DNA from: Rhizaria sp. SCN 62-66
Lineage: Eukaryota
Direction of reading: 5' to 3'
DNA length: 64,000 bases
NCBI GenBank assembly: GCA_001724265.1
Contig: MEDY01000064.1
Span: 62,001-126,000, forward strand
This document shows positions 46,975 to 57,300 of this stretch, one piece after another. The notes under the pieces were generated by a model. It searched no databases. It saw only the letters and a list, made by a program, of their open reading frames with translations, and was not told where the DNA came from. Positions within the stretch are counted from its first letter, which is position 1, and each line of letters opens with the position of its first letter. Made by a program: the position numbers and the translations under genes.

Positions 46975-49053
46975 TTAGTGACTCTTGGCGCCCTTGCCTG
47001 CACTGCTCTTGTTGCTGTTGCTCTTCGCAATGTTGCGAACAGTCGCACCAAAGGCACTCGTCGACTTGTTGCCACTTGCACTGGCGTTGCTAGCGCTCGC
47101 CTTCTTGGCGCTAGTGTTGGCGGGCATGGCGCCAGCAGCCTTCATGCTCTTGTATGCGTTGATTGCAGCGGCCTTGTTTGCTTCAAGCACTTTGGCCGCC
47201 GCAATATTCGCCTTGCTACTGGCAGCGACGCCGGCGGGCTTCTTGCTCGCAGCAGTCTTAGCACCGCTCTTCGCGCTGCCCGTGATCTGGCCGGCGCTCT
47301 TAGCCTTGCTCGCCGTCAGCGTGTTGATCTTGCTCACCGCTGCACCAGTGGCGGTGCGGCGGCCGCGGCGGGGAGCGGCTTTGATCTTGGCCACGCCGCC
47401 AGTCACGGTTATGTCGACAACAACCGGGCTTGCGTTGCGCAAGGGCTTAAAGGCGTTGACGGCGCTGAACGTGGGTGTAATATGGAACGCATGCGCGCCA
47501 GCGTCCTCGCTCTGGCCAAACGACAGCTTGGTGTTCGTGTTAGAGGCAGCGCTCTTCCCGCTGGTGTTGAGGCGAACATTGTCAGCAACTAGAAACCTCT
47601 TAAGAGCTGCGCCTGTGATGGCGCTGTCAGCACCCTTGCTGGTGCTACTCTTGCTGTTGCTCGCCGTTGCGCTGTATGCATGCGATGGAGATTGTGACCG
47701 CTGCTGCGTTGACTGCGCGTGCACCGGTGATCGCGAACGCGATGCCGCGGACTGGGCGCGCGGTACCGACTGTGAGCGCATCTGCGCACCCTTCTGGCTT
47801 GACTTAGCGCCTGCAGCGGTCTTCTCTGGCGGCGTGAGCTGAAGCTTGCTCCAGTCAAGACTTGCCCCCGCCGTCTGTGAGGCCGTGTCGACACGCGGCT
47901 GCGAGCGCGACCGCGCGTATTGCGCCGTCGTCGGCGACTGAGACCGGGACCGCAACTGCGACTGAAGCTGGGGCTGTGGCGGCGAGCTTGACTTGGCGCG
48001 GCGGCCCCTGCGCGGGGCCATGCCGAGCGCTTCGCGTGGGGAGGATGCAAACGTCTCGACGATGCCGACGCCTCGGATTCCGCTCAGGTCGCCGACCCCA
48101 AGGATCTCGGCGTTGTAGCCGCTCAAGTTGAACTCGCTGTCCATGTCCACAGCAGCGCCATTCTTGGCGCCCGCTTTGCGGTTTGAGTTCATGCTGGCGC
48201 TAGTGCTCTTGTTTGCCGCTGCAGCTGTTGCAGTTTGGCCGGCAGGTGTAGCGCCAAATGAGTCGAGGCCCCACTCCCAGTCCCAGTCCAGCTCGCCGAA
48301 ACTCTCCTCGTCGCGGTCCCCACTATGGTCGAGATCGTCAGTTGCGCGCATCCGATTATTACTGCGCCCGCGCTCGGCCGCGGCGTCGGCGCCGTACTCG
48401 CGCTCACGGGGGCGGCCGCGTGTTCCACTGGCATCAGCTGCGTAGCCGACGACGGGCTTTGCGGCGGTGGTTCCGGGGCGAGCAGCGTTGATATCGCTCT
48501 TGATGTTCTTGCTGCCGGCAATGGTGTCCTTGTTCGCAGCGCTCATTTGAGGAGTCACGCTCACGTTGAACTTGATGCCGTTTGCCGCAACTGACTTGTT
48601 GGCGAGCGCTGCGGCAACGGCGTCCTTGATGGATTGCGACAAGTCCCGGGCAATGTCCTTGGAGCGGGCCTTCGAGTCGCCCAAGGGCGAGCCAGTGAAC
48701 GCCGCCGCAGTCCTCATTGACTGCTGCTGCGCCGAGAGGCCCGTAGCGGTAGTTGCGCTCTCACTGGCTCTGGCACTCATCTCGCCACGGGCGGCACTGC
48801 TGTTTCGAGTGCTCGCGTTGGCCTTGGACTTGTTGGCGCCAGTTTCAGCGCGTGAAACCAATGACATCCCGTCAGGCAGGCGTTGGTTGGCAGGAGTTTG
48901 CTGCTTCAAGTGCAGAGAGTGGTGCGCCGTGTTGGCGTTGGCGCGAGCAATGCGAGCCGCGGCTGCGGTTGCTCCCGCGCGGGCCTCGGAGGCGAGGCGC
49001 GACGCCTCGCGGGCGTTATGGAGTCCAATCGTGCGACGGATTCCGCCCCTCAT
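46975..49053 (-). CDS. Basic Ala/Ser/Lys-rich low-complexity protein with RSQS repeats and an H1-tail-like C-terminus (692 aa)
   Basis: Long GC-rich ORF. Repeats RSRSQSP, RSRSQP, RSQSVP, RSQSP. C-terminus AKSGAKTAASKKPA..SAKKASA. 5' end uncertain. Stop TAA. Confidence 0.72.
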   Translation of the reverse strand: MRGGIRRTIGLHNAREASRLASEARAGATAAAARIARANANTAHHSLHLKQQTPANQRLPDGMSLVSRAETGANKSKANASTRNSSAARGEMSARASESATTATGLSAQQQSMRTAAAFTGSPLGDSKARSKDIARDLSQSIKDAVAAALANKSVAANGIKFNVSVTPQMSAANKDTIAGSKNIKSDINAARPGTTAAKPVVGYAADASGTRGRPREREYGADAAAERGRSNNRMRATDDLDHSGDRDEESFGELDWDWEWGLDSFGATPAGQTATAAAANKSTSASMNSNRKAGAKNGAAVDMDSEFNLSGYNAEILGVGDLSGIRGVGIVETFASSPREALGMAPRRGRRAKSSSPPQPQLQSQLRSRSQSPTTAQYARSRSQPRVDTASQTAGASLDWSKLQLTPPEKTAAGAKSSQKGAQMRSQSVPRAQSAASRSRSPVHAQSTQQRSQSPSHAYSATASNSKSSTSKGADSAITGAALKRFLVADNVRLNTSGKSAASNTNTKLSFGQSEDAGAHAFHITPTFSAVNAFKPLRNASPVVVDITVTGGVAKIKAAPRRGRRTATGAAVSKINTLTASKAKSAGQITGSAKSGAKTAASKKPAGVAASSKANIAAAKVLEANKAAAINAYKSMKAAGAMPANTSAKKASASNASASGNKSTSAFGATVRNIAKSNSNKSSAGKGAKSH

Positions 49054-49458
49054 GGACTACATATGCGGTGGAGCAAATCAAGAGCAGTCCAAAGCAAGAA
49101 ATGGGTGGGTCATCAGGAGCACAGTTGAGGTGACTGAAAAGGGTGGGAACGTAAATATGGACGTGTATAAATTATAAAGGACACAAGCGCAACTTAATTA
49201 AAACTCGGCTTCAAGTTAGCCAAAAGCTTTAATGTACATACAAATGAATACAAAGGCGTCGTGTTAGTCTAGATACTGAACCGTCAGTGGGTGAAATTTG
49301 TTGCTTGACCGCTCACAGTCACGGTCACCAGGACAGCTCACAGTCAAACCAGTCTTCGACTGCATCACAGCTGACTGAATTGGAAAGGGTACATTTACGG
49401 TTGTGCGAGCCAATGATTATACACTCGACTTGAGCAACATGTCACTCGCGGTCACAAC

Positions 49459-50767
49459 TTAAATGAGCTGAGAATACTCGAGAGCGAGCTTGGCACCGAA
49501 CTTGGCGTTGTTCTTCACAAGCGCAATATCTACAAATCAAAACAAAAACAAATAAACACGCATTGTGTTAGCACAACGTATCCAGAAATGCTTAGCTACA
49601 TATGAAATCTATGTTTACACAACGATTAGGAGTAAACATGTCAACGTACTGGAGGTGAGCGACTCGCCGCCCGAGAGCTCGTTAACGCGCTTAAGCAAGA
49701 ACGGGGTCGAGTCCTTGCCAATGATGCCCTGCTCGACGCTCTCCTGCAGCGCCTGCGTGATAGCCTTGGTGACACCCTCAGTGTCGGCGGCCTCCTCCTT
49801 GGGGATGGGGCACGCGAAGAGCATACCCGACTGGAGGTTGAGAAGCGCGTTGGCCACCATCATCTTGGCGCCCTGCAGCGGCGTCGCAATCGTCAGCGGT
49901 GACGCGCAGCCGCTGTCAGGAGTGAAGAACGCCGGGAAGATCTTGCTGCCCACGGTCGCCACTGTCACGCCCTGCGTCTCGAGCACCTCGAGCGTCTTGG
50001 GGATGTCGAGGATGCTCTTGACGCCGGCGCAAACGACCGCCACTGGCGTGCGGCCCAGCTCGGAGAGATCCGCCGAGATGTCCATCGTCGCCTCGGCGCC
50101 GCGGTGCACGCCGCCGATGCCGCCCGTGACGAAGACACGGATGCCCGCGAGGTGCGCGAGGTACATGGTCGCCGCGACCGTGGTGGCGCCGTGGCCCTTC
50201 TCCGCCATCACGATCGGCAGGTCGCGGCGAGAGCACTTGCGGCACTGCGCGCCATGCTGCGCGAGTGTCTTCAGGTCGGCGGGGTCTAGGCCGATGCGGA
50301 CCTCGCCGTGCAGGATTGCGATCGTCGCGGGGACGGCGCCGTTAGAGCGAACCTGATAGAAAGAGATGTGACGCGGAGATGTGAGTTTACGATAAACAGC
50401 TCAGGTGAAACAAGACGATCGTATATGGGCTTAAAGAAACAAAAGAGATACATGTGCAGAGTGGTCATTTTTTTGGCTTGCAATTTGATAATCTAGAACG
50501 TACGACGTCCTCGACCTCGATGGCAGTCTGCAGGTTCTGCGGGTAGGGCATGCCGTGGCTGATGATGGTCGACTCAAGCGCGACAACGGGCTTGCCAGCA
50601 CGCAGAGCGGCAGAAACCTCGCGGCTAAAGATCAGACGGACGTTTGCCTTGGGTTGGAAGCGGCGGCGGGCAGCGCAGGGCTCGGCCGTGACGGTCGCGG
50701 GAGCTGTGGCGACAGGAGTCGACTGCATCATACCGAGAAGCACGTTAAGACGCTTCTGAGGCTGCAT
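49459..50767 (-). CDS. psuG: Pseudouridine-5'-phosphate glycosidase (PsuG/IndA family), 345 aa, 3 exons
   Basis: Exons 50767-50504, 50352-49650, 49529-49459. Motifs: [87 protein letters not shown]. Stop TAA. Confidence 0.95.
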
Positions 50768-51334
50768 TCTGTTCTATATAAAATGTAAAAGAAGATTAAT
50801 TAAATATGTGTTACGGTATACCTACTAGTATAAGTCATATGTGCACTGACGGATTTCTGGGACTGTTTAACCGAGCTGAAATCAGACAGCTGACGGCATC
50901 ACCCACGGCTGCGGAGGTGCAACCGGGTCACAACTGAGACATCACGTAAAACAACACGGTGGAGGGGAAGACGAACATTAATAAGAATATAATTTGCACT
51001 TACTGAACAATACTTTGGGTACACCTCCTGCATAATACTTACATTGTCTTATTACGATCAAACATATCGTACACAGTGTCTGATTTCCTTTGGCGCGCAC
51101 CGCTCTCAACCAGCACCTAGACATTCGCGGCAGATATCTCTATGTAGCAACTGATTCAGCTTGCTTGACTCACACAACACGTTCATGTATCACTTTTGTT
51201 TTTAGAAATAATCAGATCATTCTAATATCGGTTGGGTTGTTATCAGTTGACCTTTTCGTCCACACTTCACCTGATCTATTGCGCCTTCGCGCCGAAGCCG
51301 CCGCGCTCGCTGCCCCTCTGGCGTTAATCACAAG

Positions 51335-54300
51335 ATGTTTACCATCACACGCTACACCCCCGACGAGGCGGTTGCCTCCATGCGTGACCCCTCGCTGCAG
51401 TCCGAGCTCCCTGTGACTGCGCCGCTGCCGTACGCGGTCTGGAGCCCTGCCAGCTTCGAGTTCCAGCTCGACATCGCTACCCGCGCCTACGAGACCGGCC
51501 TGCTCGCGCTCGCTCAGAAGCAGCCCCGCAAGGCGCTCGCGCACTTTAACGCGGTGCTCAGTCTGCCGTTTGCCGCGCACGCGCCCGTTGCGCCGCTGTT
51601 TGCGCACCTGCGCGGTCTGACCCTCGCTGCGGCGCGCGACGCCTGCGTGCGCACGGCGGTCGCGTCTCTGTCTACGGCCGAGACCAGGCACAAAGCGCTT
51701 GAGGCTCACCGTGACGCTGATAGCAGTGCGAGCGAGGAGCGTCGCTCTGGTTATGATGCTGCGTGCAGTGCTTTTGTGACTCCTGTGACCGAAAGCGCGA
51801 GTGCCACAATTCTTGCTGACTACGCCTTAGACGTTGCGCTTACTTCTGCCTCGCAGGTGCCGACGTTGCGTGGCAAGCGCTCTATGCTGCTTGCGCGCGG
51901 CGGTGAGAGTGCGCCGCAAGTGCGCGTTGCTACCAGCGGTGATCTGTTTGACAAGGAGTATGACTTTCACGGCACGTACTCGCTGACAAACCCGTCATTC
52001 GCACAGCAACACGGCCAAGAACAATTCAATGAAGATAACATGCTTAGCGCCGTCAATAACGTAATGCTCGACGCGAAGACTGACCCTCTTGTGAGTATTG
52101 AGACTCTGTGCGCGCGCGGCTGCAACGTGTACGGCGTGCCGCCGCCGCGCGCGTGGGCCCGCTCAGAGCGCGTGCGCCTCACTGCGACTGTGAACGCTGC
52201 TAAGACGCTCCAGAAGACTAAACCTGCAACACCCGTCACTGTTGTTAGCAGCCCTGCTACCACCACTGCCAGTGACAACAATGCTGATGAAACCGGCGAT
52301 GTAACAGCGATACATGACAACGGCAGTGTGGGTGAGAGTCAAGTTGCTCCGGCACTGCCTGTTGTGCTCCCAGCAGGCCCGCTGCCTGCGCCGCCGCCGC
52401 TAACTCCCCCGCAGCACCGGCTGCTGGCGTCTGCTCTGCGCAACGCGGCGCTGGCCCACGAGCAGCTGGCCGCGGTCTGGGGTGACACCTTGCGCACCGT
52501 CTCTCAAGCAACGCTCAGCCACACTGAGGATTCCCACAGCGAGGACTCTGAGCACGCCAATACGGCCCCCACTGTGCCGAGCTCGCTTGATGCTGCGAGC
52601 CTCATGCTGTTGCACTCTATCGCGGCCTCTGCGACCGCCACGGCAGCGCTGCTATTCACGACGCCGCTGCCCCAGCCTGCGCCCGCGCCGCCTCTGCCGC
52701 CCGTGGCCGCCGCTGCTGCGCAGGTTTTACTCACGGCCACATCGTTTTCTGGTGTTTTCCCGACATCTTGTCTATTTTTGCTGCAAACCAGCAGCAGCCA
52801 AAATCACAAATCCATCGTTGACCTGACTTCTCGTGCGGCTTGCCCTTGCTCGCGCGCCGCGCCCACAGTCAGCAGTCGCAGCTACACGAGTGTGGACTCC
52901 CCCGCGGGGACCACATGCCGCTGTGACGGCTCGTGCCTTGAGGCAGGTGACTGCGCGTGCGGCTGCGGCTCCGACTGCGGCAGCCGCGGCGGCGACTGTG
53001 CCGATCTTCTGCACACTGAGATGACTCCGTTCGAGGACGCACGGCGCTGGCTCGTGCGCGACCGCTGGCTACTCTGGCGCCACCGCTACTATGCGCAACA
53101 GCAGCTGCTTCCTGCAATGTCGCAGGCTGCGGCGGCCTCGTTTCTCTCCTCTGGCGCCGCTGCCGCCGCGCCGCCGTCGCTGCGGTCGCTGCTGCTCCCG
53201 GTGGGCGCCACCTCCGGGCCCGCGGTCGGCGCGGACGCCGTGGTGGTCGTTGGCGGCCAGCGTGTGCGCTCGCTGCCGGTCACAGTTGCAGCAGGATCTG
53301 TGACAGATTTGCCGCTATGGCGTCTACTAGGACTGATCCTGTTGCGCTCTGTGCTGCCGTTTGTTGCCGCTGCGGCGCCGGTGTCTGTCGCTGCAGTAAC
53401 TACTGCTGTTGATGACCATGCGATTGATGATCACGAGATGCAAAACGCACCTCTGTGGTTACAGCCGACTGGCCCCGCCTCTGTGCCCGTTGCTGTGGCC
53501 GGGCCGTCTCTACACGCACTTGCAGCCGCAGTTAAGCCAATGCTGCTCGCGTCACTTGTCGCATGTGCCAGCGGCTCAAGTTCTCGCTTTCATAACCGTA
53601 TCTTGGCTGGCAATACTTTTTCTCTCGTCAACAGTCATTTAGCTCGACTTCCCGCAGCACACGCCTGTTTAACGACGGCGTCATACTGTCTGAACTATCT
53701 TGCCACTGGCTCCATCTCAGCCACAAATGGCCAGAACGCCAGCCTTGGTGCTGATGCTTCATCTTTACGCGTTGTATCAGCCGCGCTGAACGCAGCTGCG
53801 CTGCGCTCCGACTCCACAGCCGCCTCAACACTGGCGCACATGGTGCTGGCACTGCTGAGCAACGCGAGGACAGGTACCATGATTGCGAGCGAAGCCGGTG
53901 CAGGCGTCAGGGCTATGGCAGCCCTGTCGTGGGCTGAGCCGAGCGCAACCACTGCGGACAGTAATGTAACTGTTGGTGGTGTTGAAGTCGCAGCATTGGC
54001 CACAGCTGAGGCGGTCGCGAATGCGGTCGCTCTTGCCGCGACTATCACTGTTGACAGTCATGTTGCCGCTCTTCTACACTGGGTGGCTAACGTTCGCTCA
54101 AACACCGCGACAAGCAGCACGGCCTCTGGTTCTTTCACTACGGAGACATCTGATATCAAACATAGCACGGTTACAATTAGCGCCAAGAGTAAGGGCAATC
54201 GGGAAAAAACCAGTCGCGTATCGGTCTCCGCTTGTTCCAGTGATGTTATCGATGATAATGGCAATATGGACTGGGGCTCACTGCTGTCTGATCCACTCAC

Positions 54301-57300
54301 GCAGTCTGGCGTGACGATGGGCGATGACCCTGATACCGCGATGTCTGCATCACACAGCATTGCTGTCAACGGAGAGGCTTCTGCCGCTGTAAACGGGATG
54401 ATGGCCCAATGGGTTCACTCTCGTGGCATCAACCGTGCGACTACTGTGGCTGAAGTGGGTTCGCCTTTGGTAGCATCATCATCCCCGACCGCAATCACGG
54501 CCGAGTCCGACGTTTGGGGTTGGGCCTTGTATTGCCTCACTCTTGACCCGTTCCATGCTGCGCAATACTACCTCAGCAACACATACGGTCAGTACAGTGG
54601 GTCGCGTTTGAGCCCTCGCATCGGCTGTTTTGCACAGTATCACAATTATGTTGCGAGTGCGCTCAGTTCTGACAGCCGGATCGTCCTTAAGTTTCCTCCA
54701 GCTGCAATCGATGCCATCGGTCACAATGTTGTCGATAGCGCGTTTAAGCCTGATATCGAGCTGGTTTGTGAGGTCTCGTTGCCAGCAAAGGCGACGGCCT
54801 CCGTCTTTTCGACGCACGATGCCACCGATGAAAGCAGCGCTGATATCGCACCGAAGCCGTTGTGGAAAATGCTGCCGTTACTCCGACTATCCCAAACACA
54901 GACCTCCTCAGCAGTTACTACCTCGCATGGAGACATTGGAAACCACGCGCGCGTGATGTCCCACATCACCTCTACAGTGGCAAAGTCTACGTCGGCGAAC
55001 AGCGAAGATAACGAAGAAAACGATGCTCTTAGTATTGTTCTATGGTCGCAACTGCTCTCCACGCTGGCTCTCACGGCGGAGAATAACTCTGCGTCAATGT
55101 GCACAACAGTCGCATCCACTGTATCAATGAATGTTGACTCAAAGAACCACAACAACGACAAATCTAGTCAGCAACAGCAGCAACAAAAGATGGTATCTTT
55201 GAGCGGCCGCGAGTTGTACTATGCTAGCGGCCGTCGCCGCAATGCCAGCCTTACTGCTGGCCTGCTATCATTGCCTCTCCAAGTGCGTGTGGGTCTACAC
55301 AATGAAACAAACGACGGTGACGCCGTCACAACGAGGATGACTGACTCTGCATCTGCAGCAGTTGTTGTCCCAAGTCATGCTGATCATGCGCTTCGGGATG
55401 CCGATGTTGCTATGCCGGTTATGTTTGGTGTTGTTCCCACGCCTATCTGCGTATCCGCGGCTGCAGTTACTGTCCCAACTCTGATGCGACCCGTCGAAGA
55501 GAAATCAGTGAGCGACATTGTCAAGTTGGCGGAAACAACATCTGTCGATAGCACAGTTGTTTCGATGAGTGATGGCGAAGCAAGAGACTCCGTCACCGCA
55601 CTTGTTGACACTGCATCTAAGACGGGTGCGATGAGCGCTACTGAGGCGTTGTTTAAAGCGACAGCTGATGCCATAACTGATGATCTCACAAACACTATGA
55701 TCGACCAACCTGATGAGGCAAATAATGTTGCATCTCGCCCCAGAACTCCGGTCCCCGTTATGGAAATGACGGATGCTCTTCAGGACAACGATTTCGCAGC
55801 AACAGCTGATGAGACTGTGAGTCCGGACACCGCTCTTACGACGGCGACTGAGACTGACGCCTGCACCGCTGTGGCCGTGGATAGCGAGAACGCTGACAGC
55901 AATGTTCGTCGCACTGGCCGTCTGCGTCGCCAGGTTACGTCCTTTGATGGCAGCGTTGCTTCGGAGAACGAAACTACATCCGAGGCGGGTGACAATAGCA
56001 ATGAGGAATCGGAGAGTGTTGGCGACAGTACTGATGATGACGAGGATGAAGGTTGGGTCACGTTTTCTCGTCCACACGCGCTACGCGCGGGCCTATCTAG
56101 TATCCGTAATGCTAGTAAGCCTAGCAGTCAAACAAAATCGCGCAAAGGCTCCGCAACAAGCATGGTCAACGATGACGATGATGACAACGATGTCGATGCA
56201 GCAGCTCGTACTGTCAGTGATGACAACAGTGATGATGACGACGACATCAAAGTGTACATCTCTTCTCTGGGCACTCACGCGACTGCGCGCGCCAGAATGG
56301 CGACCAATGCCACTGCAGTCACGTTCCTCACCCCTGCACATGACTTGCTGGAGCCTGCGGTCATTGCCGACATGTGTGCAGACGAGGACCTGACTGCACT
56401 TAACCGGCCGAGCCTGCTCAGCATCAGCAGTGATAGTGGAAGCAAGACTGCGATTGCATGCGCGGTGAAGGCGTTACAAGCGAACGCGAAGGAGCAACAG
56501 CTCGCTCTGGACTCAAATAGTGACGACGACAGCTGCAATGTTGTTCGCACCGCGATGGTGCTGGCGTGTGCGGACGCACCGGCATCTGATGATTCTGTTC
56601 CTGCCGGAAATGCAATCGGAGGCTCGACAAAGGATGGTAGTGACTGTTCGAGCGATAGTGATGACGTAGCCGTTTCAGTGCCGTTGTTGCAGTCAGTTAT
56701 TACACCCATCTCGTTCGCTGAGCGTATCAATAACGTCGGCGTCCAACGTGGTGCTCGCAGCAAGACTGATTGGTCCCGTGTCTCCACTCTACTTGGATTG
56801 GATAGCCAATCCAGCCCATCCTCTTGGCGCGCATACTTTGCCAACGGAGCACCACAGTCAGGGACGCAGTCGTTGTCATTGCCTCTGCGCGCTGCTGGTT
56901 TGTTGACGCACCTTGCTATCAGCGTCGTTCCGACTGCCGCGTTTGCACCTATCGCTGATTCTACCATGGGTTTTGTCCGAGAGGGCGTGAATGATACGTC
57001 CCGTGATCTCTGGCGCAGCGTCTTGACGTCAGCACCTTTACGCTCGCTTGCGCCACTCGCTCGCATTGTCGTCAGCACTGGCGTTCTGACCGCGAATCAG
57101 CTTACCGCTGAGTATGATGCCTTCGGAGTGAATAACAGCGATCGCGAAACTTATTCTGCCAAAACTGGTGTTGCAGTTGTGAAGGCTGCACTTACTGCAC
57201 AACTTATGGCTGAGGTACTTCTGAGTTCGACTAATTCCATTGATGGCGCCTCCAGCAACAGCAGCAACGTCAGCTTAGCCGCAGCACGGACAAATGATGC

